A DNA stretch of 64,000 nucleotides, taken from IMG/VR virus record IMGVR_UViG_3300009370_001221, positions 124,001 to 188,000 of that record, one strand, 5' to 3'. Positions 1 to 9,714 of the stretch are shown here, piece after piece. Positions within the stretch are counted from its first letter, which is position 1. Every line of letters begins with the position of its first letter. The position numbers were made by a program, and so were the translations under genes. The notes under the pieces are model-generated. The model was given only the letters and a program-made list of their open reading frames with translations, had not been told where the DNA came from and did no database searches.

Positions 1-163
1 TTTCTTGAATTTCTGCTCTACGTGCTTTAGATAATTTGCCTAATTCACCGAGTGCTTTGCGAGCACGAGCGGCAGCTGCTTTAACACCTTTATCTTCGAA
101 TTTTGCTGATTCGCTCAAGTAACTATCTACTTGGTCTAAAATTTGTTGATGGATCGTTGCCAT
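1..163 (-). CDS. Histone H1-like (Hc1-type) small basic DNA-binding protein, 3' end runs off the window (not in ORF track)
   Basis: Reverse complement from ATG at 163 reads MATIHQQILDQVDSYLSESAKFEDKGVKAAAARARKALGELGKLSKARRAEIQE. The KGxKAAAxRARKAL motif is typical of Hc1-like proteins. GGAG RBS about 8 nt upstream. Confidence 0.75.
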   Translation of the reverse strand, partial: MATIHQQILDQVDSYLSESAKFEDKGVKAAAARARKALGELGKLSKARRAEIQE

Positions 164-189
164 TTTCTATACTCCTTTGGTATTTGTAT

Positions 190-1947
190 TTACATTATCT
201 GTACGTCATCACTGTAATTTGTGAATCCGTTCTCTTTTGTAACTGTCAAAACGCTATGTACTCGCCCTGCCAGTTCATCCTTATGGGATATTAGGAACAC
301 ACTTTTGTTTCTATCTCTACTAACTTTTTTAAGTATGCTGATACTACCTTCCAATCCCAAAGTATCCATTCCACTATCTACTAATTCATCTATAATTAAT
401 AAGTTTATATTATTATATAAATGTTCCCAAACGTCTCTAAATGCCCAACTTAAACTTAAAATAAGTCTATTGCGTTCGCCTCTACTTAAATTATCAAAGT
501 CTAAGTCACGGCCATACTCTGTAATTTCAACACTTAAATCATTTTGGAATTCTACAGTATGTGGTAATCCTATTCTATCTAAATAATAACTTAAACGTTT
601 ATTTAAGAATGCCAAGTTTTGATCTATTATACGTTTACGTATAAACGAATCCTTATTTACGAGCAAACGTAATAAAAATTCCTGATGTTCTCGCACTCTT
701 ACTATATCATTTAGTTTATCATAATTAACTTCTTGCAATACAGAATCTTGAAGATCTTCTATTTGACTGCTAAACGGATCAACTGCATCTATTTTAGTTG
801 CTAATTCCTTTTTTAAATACTCTAAACTTGAATCATGTTTATAAGCATCAGCAATCGTTTCATAAAATGTTTCTATTTCAGTATCTATATTATCTATCTC
901 ATCTATTTTTTTAATTATAGATTTTAAATTTTTCTTTTCCTTTTTTATTATGTCTTTATGTTCGTTTATCTGCGTGTTTATATCAGATAACATTTCTTGA
1001 TGCAATGCATCATGTAATGGTTGCCCACATGCATGACATTTTTTGTCTTCTGCTGATGCTAAATTAGTATTATAATTTTTCAGTTCTCTTTCATACTTTG
1101 TTAATGAACTCTCTGATGTTCTGCGTTCACGTTCATAACTGCGTAATTTGGATTCTATTTTTTCAATGTCTGCTTTTTTAGTATGTAATGCTAATTCATC
1201 CTCTATATTCACTGCTATTAATTTATCAATTGCTTTGTTTAGTTTATCTATTTCAGTATTTTTTGATTCTTCCCACGCTTTTTGTTTCAAACGCAAACTG
1301 TTTATTGTTGTCTCTATATTCTCATTTGCTTTTATTATACCTTTTATTGCGTATTCTTCTTCAGTTATTTTATCTTTAGTTACTTTTACTACTTCTCTTA
1401 AACTCTCTGCCTTTTCACTTAATAAAGTTATACCCAATAATTCCTCAATTACCTCACGTTGATCAGCAACACGCATCGCTAAAAATGGTTCAGTATATGT
1501 ATTAAGTGCTACAATATGTTTGAATATCGTATGCCCTAATCCTATATCACGCTCTATCTCTTCTTGTGTTTGCCTATTTTCACCTTGCGCCGAACTTTCT
1601 TCATCCTGCTTAAAATATTTTAATGTAGCAGGCCGTCTGCCGCGCTCTATACGATAGTCTTGACCATCCTTCTCATACTCAATAGTAACTAACATATTTT
1701 TACCGTTAGTTTTGTTTATGAGATTATCTTTTTTAATATTAGTTAATGCTGAACCATACAACACATAACTCAACGCATTAACAATAGTAGTCTTACCAGT
1801 ACCGTTACGAGCACCAGCATCATCGCCACCCAAGTCCAAATTCTCACCCAATACTAATGTAAGATCTTGTCTGTTTAAATCTACCGCTTGGGTTTGATTA
1901 CCCACGCTCATAAAATTTTTAACTGTTAGAGATTTTAATACTAACAC
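190..1947 (-). CDS. Recombination endonuclease ATPase subunit (T4 gp46 / SbcC / Rad50-like)
   Basis: Walker A (NGTGKTT), long coiled coil with CHAC zinc hook, ABC signature LSRGE, Walker B LLIIDE, H-loop LISH. Confidence 0.95.
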   Translation of the reverse strand: MLVLKSLTVKNFMSVGNQTQAVDLNRQDLTLVLGENLDLGGDDAGARNGTGKTTIVNALSYVLYGSALTNIKKDNLINKTNGKNMLVTIEYEKDGQDYRIERGRRPATLKYFKQDEESSAQGENRQTQEEIERDIGLGHTIFKHIVALNTYTEPFLAMRVADQREVIEELLGITLLSEKAESLREVVKVTKDKITEEEYAIKGIIKANENIETTINSLRLKQKAWEESKNTEIDKLNKAIDKLIAVNIEDELALHTKKADIEKIESKLRSYERERRTSESSLTKYERELKNYNTNLASAEDKKCHACGQPLHDALHQEMLSDINTQINEHKDIIKKEKKNLKSIIKKIDEIDNIDTEIETFYETIADAYKHDSSLEYLKKELATKIDAVDPFSSQIEDLQDSVLQEVNYDKLNDIVRVREHQEFLLRLLVNKDSFIRKRIIDQNLAFLNKRLSYYLDRIGLPHTVEFQNDLSVEITEYGRDLDFDNLSRGERNRLILSLSWAFRDVWEHLYNNINLLIIDELVDSGMDTLGLEGSISILKKVSRDRNKSVFLISHKDELAGRVHSVLTVTKENGFTNYSDDVQIM

Positions 1948-2972
1948 TAAATGCTCCTATATATGTCTAGTAGCATTTGTGGATCATAATGTTCACTCTC
2001 AATATTAGAAAGTTGGTCTATAACTATAGAGTCAATACTGTCAAAATTTAACTCTATGTCTTCATTCAATATATCTAAATCTAATTTCTCCTTGTCTGGC
2101 AATAAACTTAACTCACGCATTTTAAATTGTTCAGCAAATGTCTCTTTAACATAGTTTGCCTCTTCGTAAGTAATATCAATATCCATAGTAACCCTAGCAT
2201 AGGTTTTCTCAGTTAGATAATAACCCGGATCATCCAGTAATTGCGATAATTTTAATGTTTTATATGAAGGTGCATCAGGCCACGCAACAAACTCTGGCTC
2301 GCCATCCCACTCCAACATCATCATACCTCGCTCATCATCCCAAGCATCACTGTAGTTGTGGGGGAAACAATTGCCTACATATACAACATTCTTGCGTTGC
2401 TGTCTTTTATGAAAGTGGCCGCTAAAAACATAATCTGCTTTATGCATATCTTCAGCATGTAACTCATTAGTTTCAGGCATTTGTATCATTGCGTTCATAT
2501 AGAAATGTGGCAACTCGAAATGTCCAAAGATATATTTTGCTTTTACTTTCTTTAATTTTTTGTAATCATCACCCACGAGCCAAGGCACAATAGCACAATT
2601 TCCCGCATTAAACGGTTCATCTACTATTGTTATACCAGAGAATCTACTAGCAAACTCTACACTATTAAGATCACGCCTATCTCTGTAATATAAGTCGTGA
2701 TTGCCCGTGATAAAGTAAAAATTATCAAACGAACTGCCTAGTTTTTCCAAACTACGCAGGCTATAGTTCAGTGTGCTGACATTGATGCTGGCTCTATGAT
2801 GGTGCCAGTCTCCCAAAAATATGGCAGTTTCGCAATTGTTTTCTTGTGCGGTTGCTATGAACCAATCTACAAAATCTTCGCAATCTTTATTGTGTGTTAT
2901 TGAGTTACTTTTATTACCAAAGTGAATGTCTGTACATACTGCTATTTTATTGAATAAATTATCCGTACTCAT
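1947..2972 (-). CDS. Recombination endonuclease nuclease subunit (T4 gp47 / SbcD / Mre11-like)
   Basis: Metallophosphoesterase motifs DIH, GDWHH, GNHD, GHF, SGHFH. Coupled to the gp46-like gene. Confidence 0.93.
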   Translation of the reverse strand: MSTDNLFNKIAVCTDIHFGNKSNSITHNKDCEDFVDWFIATAQENNCETAIFLGDWHHHRASINVSTLNYSLRSLEKLGSSFDNFYFITGNHDLYYRDRRDLNSVEFASRFSGITIVDEPFNAGNCAIVPWLVGDDYKKLKKVKAKYIFGHFELPHFYMNAMIQMPETNELHAEDMHKADYVFSGHFHKRQQRKNVVYVGNCFPHNYSDAWDDERGMMMLEWDGEPEFVAWPDAPSYKTLKLSQLLDDPGYYLTEKTYARVTMDIDITYEEANYVKETFAEQFKMRELSLLPDKEKLDLDILNEDIELNFDSIDSIVIDQLSNIESEHYDPQMLLDIYRSI

Positions 2973-2979
2973 TTATATT

Positions 2980-3008
2980 ATTATAACGTACTTAAAGTAA
3001 AGTGTCAA
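2980..3008 (-). promoter_or_regulatory. Consensus sigma70 promoter for gp47-gp46, probably leaderless transcript
   Basis: TTGACA (3008-3003), 17 nt, TATAAT (2985-2980). ATG begins after 7 nt and there is no SD. The -35 box overlaps the upstream gene's TGA stop. Confidence 0.85.
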
Positions 3009-3826
3009 GAAGACGATGGTGCTGTATTTGATGTATTTTGATTCTGTCTTGTATAACTTGGTGCAATATTATTCATCTCTAGAATATCATCACGAATATT
3101 TTGATTTTTCTTTTCTGTGTTTAATATTTTAGTAAAGGAATTAGTAATTATTGCTGTATAATAAGCAAATGGATTTTGACTTTTGCTTTCATCAAACAAC
3201 AATCCTACTTGAACTAGTTGTAATATTGCTTGGCCACGCATCTCATCATTATATGTATATCCACGCCAATTAGATCTTGTTCCGTATCTATCACACAATT
3301 TAATAAACATTCGTGCTAACGTATCAGTCATATGCCCATGTTCCTTACAGAATTCTCCCTTTTTTAAATCACCTTTCCAATGACTTTTACCAACGCATAT
3401 TAATACACTTTCTTTACTATCATCATTAAACCGAAAGTGTTGATAAGGCGGAAAAGGTAACTTTTCATAATGATCTGCGACAGATTTAGGAGTTTTTACT
3501 CTGCCGTGTTGTAGTGGTATGTGCTCAAATGACATTATTCTAAACACTAGATCAGATTTTGCTATCTTTTTCCAATTTACTTGAAAGTCAATTAATCTAG
3601 GTTTTTTCTTTTTATTTGTATTTTCTGCTACTGCAATAGCATGATTATTTTTTGCTATTTTCGCGGCTCTATTGCGTTTTGCTTGGGCAACAGAACGTAT
3701 GTTTATTTTTTCAATGTTAGGAAGGATTATATCATAATCCTGATCTGTTGGTGTTAAATAACTACTATAACTATTTTTTGATTTATGTATTTCTTCTAAT
3801 ATATCTTTGTTTCGTAAGTATATCAT
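3005..3826 (-). CDS. Late-transcription sigma factor (T4 gp55-like)
   Basis: N-terminal YLRNKDILEEI and C-terminal NWRGYTYNDEM...FDESKSQNPFAYYTAIITNSF...EKKNQ match the gp55 family pattern. Confidence 0.75.
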   Translation of the reverse strand: MIYLRNKDILEEIHKSKNSYSSYLTPTDQDYDIILPNIEKINIRSVAQAKRNRAAKIAKNNHAIAVAENTNKKKKPRLIDFQVNWKKIAKSDLVFRIMSFEHIPLQHGRVKTPKSVADHYEKLPFPPYQHFRFNDDSKESVLICVGKSHWKGDLKKGEFCKEHGHMTDTLARMFIKLCDRYGTRSNWRGYTYNDEMRGQAILQLVQVGLLFDESKSQNPFAYYTAIITNSFTKILNTEKKNQNIRDDILEMNNIAPSYTRQNQNTSNTAPSSS

Positions 3827-3844
3827 TAAGGTTTCGCTCCATCA

Positions 3845-3852
3845 TATTTATA
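3845..3852 (-). promoter_or_regulatory. T4-type late promoter motif TATAAATA upstream of the gp55-like gene
   Basis: Plus strand TATTTATA at 3845-3852 is TATAAATA on minus, 18 nt before the ATG, with GGAG RBS in between. Confidence 0.55.
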
Positions 3853-3856
3853 CTAT

Positions 3857-3885
3857 ATTATAATACACGTACATTAAAAAGTCAA
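3857..3885 (-). promoter_or_regulatory. sigma70 promoter for the gp55-like gene
   Basis: TTGACT (3885-3880), 17 nt, TATAAT (3862-3857). Confidence 0.8.
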
Positions 3886-3886
3886 A

Positions 3887-3892
3887 TAAATA
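3887..3892 (+). promoter_or_regulatory. Late promoter core TAAATA upstream of baseplate operon
   Basis: TAAATA recurs in 5 plus-strand intergenic gaps upstream of structural genes (3887, 9703, 28075, 28766, 30377). Confidence 0.55.
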
Positions 3893-3915
3893 ATGTTATA
3901 ATATAGGAAAAAAAT

Positions 3916-4656
3916 ATGGCTATACGTGGACTATCACCAAGACTAGGAAACTTACTTGCTAAAGCAATACCTTTTGGTGCTGGGTTATTTGGTAGCTCAG
4001 GTAGTGGGAATCCAACTATTAGATGGAATGGCCCAGCAAAAGAACACAATCATGACTGGCGAACAAAACTTACATTAAGTTCAGCTACCAAAAATTTATT
4101 AGTCGGTAGTACAGTACTGCGTCCATTACACGACACCGGCGGTATTATTTTTCCTTATACACCAACTATTTTTGTACAGCATTCAGCAAATTTTGGTTCT
4201 AGTCAATTAACACATAGCAATTATGACCACCCTGCATTTGATAGTCATACAATTGGTGATTTAACTATTACTGGTCAGTTTACTGCTAATAGTTCTGCAG
4301 AAGCAGACTATGTATTAGCAGTATTACATTTTTTAAGAACAACAACTAAAATGTTTTTCGGCCAGGATTCAGACTTTCCGCCAGGAACACCTCCTCCTGT
4401 TTTGAGATTAAATGGGTTTGGAGATCATATATTTAAAAATATACCAGTAGTAGTAATAAACTTTAACATGGAAATGCCGGGAACTGTTGACTATGTCAGA
4501 ACAACAAATACTTTGTCAATGATTCCAACATCTACTACTATAGCAATTACAGTTAAACCTGTATACTCTAGAGCATCTACTTCAAAACGATTTGGACTTA
4601 AAAAGTTTGCGAGTGGTGCGTTACTAGGTAGTGGTAGTGAAGGGGGATTTATTTAA
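3916..4656 (+). CDS. Baseplate tail-tube initiator/cap-like protein (gp48/gp54-like)
   Basis: Conserved GIIFPYTPTI...THSNY...HFLRTTTKMFFG...PPPVLRL pattern. First gene of the baseplate cluster. Confidence 0.55.
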   Translation: MAIRGLSPRLGNLLAKAIPFGAGLFGSSGSGNPTIRWNGPAKEHNHDWRTKLTLSSATKNLLVGSTVLRPLHDTGGIIFPYTPTIFVQHSANFGSSQLTHSNYDHPAFDSHTIGDLTITGQFTANSSAEADYVLAVLHFLRTTTKMFFGQDSDFPPGTPPPVLRLNGFGDHIFKNIPVVVINFNMEMPGTVDYVRTTNTLSMIPTSTTIAITVKPVYSRASTSKRFGLKKFASGALLGSGSEGGFI

Positions 4657-4958
4657 TGACAGTTACTTACTCAGCTGATAGTCCGTATGCCATTACTCCT
4701 ATAGCCAATAATAAATTAGATTTGATGACTTATAGAACATTTTCTTTTGAGCCAGATGATATGGTGTATACAATTGATCAACTTTACAACAATAGACCAG
4801 ATTTATTAGCGCATGATTTATATGGGAGATCCACTTTTTGGTGGGTTTTTACTGTACGTAATCCAGATATTATAGTAGATCCTATTTGGGATTTTACTAC
4901 TGGTACCACAATATATCTTCCACAATTATCTACGTTAACACGATCATTAGATGGATAA
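4656..4958 (+). CDS. Baseplate wedge protein gp53-like (LysM-like)
   Basis: YNNRPDLLAHDLYG...WWVF..RNP motif and synteny. Confidence 0.7.
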   Translation: MTVTYSADSPYAITPIANNKLDLMTYRTFSFEPDDMVYTIDQLYNNRPDLLAHDLYGRSTFWWVFTVRNPDIIVDPIWDFTTGTTIYLPQLSTLTRSLDG

Positions 4959-4964
4959 TATAGC

Positions 4965-7900
4965 ATGGCAGCTTCAGACGTAACATTAGATGGTACTGCG
5001 GCAACGAGCAGACATGCTGAATCAACTGGGCATTCTCCCCATGCGGCAACACCAGCAGACGCAGGCCAAGCTGATAGTAGTGGTGGGTTACAATCTGAAA
5101 TAAATGCTAACCAAACTATTATAGCAAACAAACCTGGCCCAGAATGCCCTGATAATATTTTACATAATTATGCCAATTATACATATAAAATTAGTTTAAT
5201 GACTTGGGATTCGATAGAAGATTATAATGCAGATATTCAAAATGGAAAATGGCCATTAAAAGAAAATAATAAAAAAGTATTATTTTCTAGTGGTGGTATT
5301 GCTGAGCATGGGCCCGGAGCAAGTGGTCCTCCAGGTAGAAATTATCCAACACCTGCTCCACGACATGAAGAATTTGATGTGGATTTTTATATATCTTCTT
5401 TTACTACAACGTCTATTATGGGACTCAGTGGTGAATCAAGAGCCACTAATATTTTTGAATGTAATATGGAAGTCGTTGAACCTATTGGCGCAACGCTTTT
5501 AGAAAGGTTCTATACATTAGTTACAAGAGATGGGCGAGAAAATTGGGCAGAATTTCCACTTCTTATTAAAATAGAATTTATTGGATATGATGAATCTGGG
5601 AAGCCTGAGCTTATTAAACCAGCAATGAGACAAATACCAGTGAGACTTATAAACATGGTGTTTGATGTTGCTGGGGATGGGTCGACGTGTGGTCTTCAAT
5701 TTGTTGCATCCACCACTATTAAAAAAGACCATCCGCGAAATATTAAAATGGAAAGTAATGAATTGTGGGGTGTAACAGTAGGAGAATTTTTAACTGAATT
5801 TGCTCAGATTTATAACGATAACCAAAAGCATAGAACACATATAGGCCCCAATATGGATGAGGCTCGTGCATTGGTGAGTCAGGGCGCCAGCGCCAACGCC
5901 GGCGGCGCCGGAACAAACACCGCCGCTTTTGATGATATGGGTTCTGGATCTGCCGCAATAGCAGGCCCTAAGGTTCAAGAAGTTGCTGATACAATAGAAT
6001 TTGATATTGATCCTGCGATAGCAAAAGCTAAGATAGTACTAGAGGTAGCAGAGGACGCTCAACTAGAGGAAAAACCAAAAGAAGATCCATTTAAAGATAT
6101 GCCGCCAATATGGGTAGGACACGGCGTTGGAGTGAAGGCCGTGAAGGCGAGAGCTGCTATTAGAAAAAAAGTAAAAGATAGAGAAGCAAAGGCAGAAGCC
6201 GAAAAAAGCAAAGGAATTATTCCTGTAAAAGAAGGCAACCCAGCAAAAGTATCTATTGCCGCAGGCACCAAACAATTGGCCGTTATTGAAAAAATTATTA
6301 CTTTTAGTGAATATATCACTGACCAATTAATAGATCCAGAGAATGCATTCGAAGGGGGAACAAACAAAAGTAACCTAAAAAATAAAGAACTTTTAAAAAA
6401 TCCAGATCAAGGATTATTATGGTGGAAAGTTACCTTTGTTCCTGTACTAAAAGAATGGGATGACGCAAGAGGCCAATATGGTATGCATACTATTATTCAA
6501 ATTACACCATACAGAGTAAATGATCCAGTAACTACTGGTGGTAAATGTGAGATAGGCGTGGGCGTAACAGCACCTGCTATGCGTAATTACCAATACATAT
6601 ATACTGGCCAAAATATAGATGTTAAAGATTTTGCAATTAGTTTTAATAATTCTTTTATGCAAAGTATGATAGGGCAAGGAACAGGAGATTCTAAAAAAGC
6701 AAAAGTAGATGAGAGTAAAAATTCAGGGACTGGCCCAGGCCTAGCAAAATCAAATGCTACAACACCTGCATCTGCTGATCAACATGATCGCAGATATAGT
6801 ACTGGATCAAACCATAATAGTAAACAAAAGGCGGCCGGCACTATATTAGAAAATTTATATAGAAAGTTAGGTTCTGATATGATGCAATGTACTATTAATA
6901 TTGTCGGGGATCCACTCTATATACAACAAGACGGTATTGTAAATGTAGGACGAAAGACTAAAACAGGAACCATTGATCATAATTGGGCCATAGATCCAGC
7001 AAATGGTGCCGCATTGGCTGACCATCAAGATGCCCATATATATCTTTCATACAAAACACCAACCGACTATAGTGAAGGGACTGGTTTAATGGACTTTAAT
7101 GCGGGGGATCCAAGACATAGATCAAGTACATTAAGTGGTTATTACAGAGTGTGGGAGGTTGTTAATACTTTTCAAGGTGGAGAATTCAATCAATCGTTAA
7201 ATTTAACTCGTGTATATAACCAATGGAGAGAACAAAAGTACAATCCTTTAGAGGAAGGGAGTTTTAATGATAGGTCAGATTTTACTCAAGGAGGAGCAAG
7301 CCTGGGTGCAGGTGCAAGCCTGGGGCAAATTGCAAATTCTATAGCAACATCAGGTGGATCCGCCAAAAGAGATACTACATCAGAAGCATCATTAACTACT
7401 AGACAACGCGATCAACTAGCCATACAACAAGATACATTAAAAAAAGAAATAGATCTTGAACGTACTATTCTAATGAATGAAGCAACGGACCCTGGTGTAT
7501 TAAGTGTGCGAGATTCAAGAACTACTTCTAGTAATGTGTTTGTTTCCAATGATAATGCCCGCAATAAACAAAATACAGATGAAAATAAAATAAGATTTGA
7601 TGCGGCACAAAAAAAATTAACTAATATTAACGCACTATCCGACACCTCATCAGTAGAACAACAAACCACATTTGCTGATAATGTAAATGCAATGGGAAAT
7701 AATACTGACACATTAAGTCAAACATTTGATAATGATAGTTTAACTCCAACCTTTTCTGAAAACAGCGGACACCCTAGCCAAACATCTGTAGCTGGATTAC
7801 GCAGTAGTGCATTACACAAAACATTAACAGGAGTAGCAAATGGTACAAGTATTGTTTCTACTACAAATAATGGTGCACCATTATTTGATTATAATAAAAA

Positions 7901-8165
7901 AGGTGGGCTATATGGAGTTGCTGAAAATGAAATTAATTTGTCTTCATACACAGCCGATGATAAGGCATCCATTAATACTAACGAAGAATTAATTAGAACA
8001 CAACGCGAAATTCTTATTGGAACAGGAAATTTAGTTGCTAAAAAGGCCGCATACACCATTGCGAATGACGCAAGTAAAACCAATCAAACAATTCATGGTA
8101 AGTATGGTAATATATACAGAACGTGGGAGGAAGTAGGTTATTTTCAAAACTTACTAATATCATAA
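4965..8165 (+). CDS. Baseplate hub protein (gp27-like) with long low-complexity C-terminal extension
   Basis: Position between gp53-like and gp5-like genes. Late hub motifs YIYTGQNIDVKDF, INIVGDPLYI, SGYYRVWEVVNTFQGGEFNQSLNLTR. Confidence 0.55.
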   Translation: MAASDVTLDGTAATSRHAESTGHSPHAATPADAGQADSSGGLQSEINANQTIIANKPGPECPDNILHNYANYTYKISLMTWDSIEDYNADIQNGKWPLKENNKKVLFSSGGIAEHGPGASGPPGRNYPTPAPRHEEFDVDFYISSFTTTSIMGLSGESRATNIFECNMEVVEPIGATLLERFYTLVTRDGRENWAEFPLLIKIEFIGYDESGKPELIKPAMRQIPVRLINMVFDVAGDGSTCGLQFVASTTIKKDHPRNIKMESNELWGVTVGEFLTEFAQIYNDNQKHRTHIGPNMDEARALVSQGASANAGGAGTNTAAFDDMGSGSAAIAGPKVQEVADTIEFDIDPAIAKAKIVLEVAEDAQLEEKPKEDPFKDMPPIWVGHGVGVKAVKARAAIRKKVKDREAKAEAEKSKGIIPVKEGNPAKVSIAAGTKQLAVIEKIITFSEYITDQLIDPENAFEGGTNKSNLKNKELLKNPDQGLLWWKVTFVPVLKEWDDARGQYGMHTIIQITPYRVNDPVTTGGKCEIGVGVTAPAMRNYQYIYTGQNIDVKDFAISFNNSFMQSMIGQGTGDSKKAKVDESKNSGTGPGLAKSNATTPASADQHDRRYSTGSNHNSKQKAAGTILENLYRKLGSDMMQCTINIVGDPLYIQQDGIVNVGRKTKTGTIDHNWAIDPANGAALADHQDAHIYLSYKTPTDYSEGTGLMDFNAGDPRHRSSTLSGYYRVWEVVNTFQGGEFNQSLNLTRVYNQWREQKYNPLEEGSFNDRSDFTQGGASLGAGASLGQIANSIATSGGSAKRDTTSEASLTTRQRDQLAIQQDTLKKEIDLERTILMNEATDPGVLSVRDSRTTSSNVFVSNDNARNKQNTDENKIRFDAAQKKLTNINALSDTSSVEQQTTFADNVNAMGNNTDTLSQTFDNDSLTPTFSENSGHPSQTSVAGLRSSALHKTLTGVANGTSIVSTTNNGAPLFDYNKKGGLYGVAENEINLSSYTADDKASINTNEELIRTQREILIGTGNLVAKKAAYTIANDASKTNQTIHGKYGNIYRTWEEVGYFQNLLIS

Positions 8166-8166
8166 A

Positions 8167-9672
8167 ATGGTACGACGAGAATTTAATATAGGCGCACCTA
8201 CTGATGCTAAATCAAAAATTGAACGCCGTGGTCCAGGCCCATATGTTGGTATAGTAAAGGGATTTGGTGATCCATCTGGTATGAACAGAATTGCTGTTTA
8301 TATACCTGCATTGCAAAGCCAACGTCTATCATCTCAAACAACTAATCAAAAACAAGAAACTCGAGCAAATACTGTGTTATGTAATTTATTACTTCCATAT
8401 TATGGTAGAACAAATCGCACAGGTAATGAAAAATCATCGTATGCTGGTACATCAAAATCATACGGAATGTGGTTCCCTACACCAGACGTAGATAGTCTTG
8501 TAATGGTAATATTTGTTGATGGTAAGCAAGAAGAAGCATATATTATAGGAGGTGTTCCTGAGCCATATATGCTTCACATGGTACCAGGCATTGCAACTAG
8601 TCCAGCATTTCATCCCAATACTGCAACAACAAAAGCAGGAATAAAGTCTGTTATGGCCGGTGGTACTGCCGAATTACCAGTAGCAGAGTTTAATAGACAA
8701 GCCGCTGAAGAAAGAAATGACTTTTTAAACATTTTAAAACCATTACATCCATTAGCTGATATATTAATGTCACAAGGATTGCAAAATGATTATGTTAGAG
8801 GACTTTCAACATCTAGCGCACAACGTGAATCTCCGTCCAATGTTTTTGGTGTTTCTACTCCTGGACCATTAGATCCTAACGGTCCTAAAATAAAACAAGG
8901 ATTGGTTACTCCACAAAATCCTGGTTATGATTGGCCTGCTAATCGAGATAGTGGCCATACTTTTGTCATGGATGATGGTGACAATAGTGGTAGAAATAGA
9001 AACATTAGATTAAGAACAGGAACTGGCCATCAAATATTATTAAATGATACAGATGGTATAATTTATATAGGCAACGCAACTGGTACTACTTGGGTTGAAA
9101 TGACTAATGAAGGACAAATTGATGTGTTTAGTAAGCAAGATGTTAGTGTGCATACTGAAGGCAACATGAACTTTTTAGCAGATAAAAATGTTCATATACA
9201 ATCTGGTGAGGATTTAGTTATGCTTGCTGGGCACAATCTAAGAGTTGAAACAAATCCTGCCTCAGTAAGTGGTAAGGGACATGCCCATTTCTTTATTAAT
9301 GGTAATATGAAACAAACTGCTACAGGTACATTTAATATTAAATCAACAGACTGGTTTAATGTTACTGCCAAAGAAGCAATTAGTGTTACAACTTTAGCTT
9401 GTATGTATTTTAAAAGTGGCGGTGGCAAGGAGAATCCAATTAAACTTAATACAGAAGTAGGTAACCCGGCTGAAGAAGCATCGCATATTCCGTTATACGA
9501 AAAACCATGGGTTACGTTGGATGATAAAACTGAAACTTATAAAGTAGATGGCGAAAATCAATATACAATCGCAATGCAACGTGTTCCAATGCATGAACCA
9601 GATCCGCGCGATCATCAGAACGGCCTAGGGCCTACTGTTGGCAGTCCTCCACATGTAACTAAAAAACCATAG
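8167..9672 (+). CDS. Baseplate central spike protein (gp5-like OB-fold plus beta-helix), no lysozyme domain evident
   Basis: GPYVGIVK..DP..MNRIAVYIP OB-fold start, SYGMWFPTPD, GHTFVMDDGD...IRLRTGTGHQILLND, C-terminal beta-repeat region. Confidence 0.7.
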   Translation: MVRREFNIGAPTDAKSKIERRGPGPYVGIVKGFGDPSGMNRIAVYIPALQSQRLSSQTTNQKQETRANTVLCNLLLPYYGRTNRTGNEKSSYAGTSKSYGMWFPTPDVDSLVMVIFVDGKQEEAYIIGGVPEPYMLHMVPGIATSPAFHPNTATTKAGIKSVMAGGTAELPVAEFNRQAAEERNDFLNILKPLHPLADILMSQGLQNDYVRGLSTSSAQRESPSNVFGVSTPGPLDPNGPKIKQGLVTPQNPGYDWPANRDSGHTFVMDDGDNSGRNRNIRLRTGTGHQILLNDTDGIIYIGNATGTTWVEMTNEGQIDVFSKQDVSVHTEGNMNFLADKNVHIQSGEDLVMLAGHNLRVETNPASVSGKGHAHFFINGNMKQTATGTFNIKSTDWFNVTAKEAISVTTLACMYFKSGGGKENPIKLNTEVGNPAEEASHIPLYEKPWVTLDDKTETYKVDGENQYTIAMQRVPMHEPDPRDHQNGLGPTVGSPPHVTKKP

Positions 9673-9702
9673 TTATATATAGTAGCATATTATTAAATTA
9701 AC

Positions 9703-9708
9703 TAAATA
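9703..9708 (+). promoter_or_regulatory. Late promoter core TAAATA, 6 nt before ATG (leaderless)
   Basis: CTAAATA-TTGTAC-ATG with no SD. Confidence 0.6.
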
Positions 9709-9714
9709 TTGTAC

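Noticed and set aside
190-1947. Non-canonical ABC signature LSRGE in gp46
   Set aside because: Variation at this position is common in phage gp46/SbcC proteins, and the other motifs are intact.
8167-9672. gp5-like spike lacking a lysozyme domain
   Set aside because: Common among non-T4 Tevenvirinae-like and marine myophages, so not distinctive.
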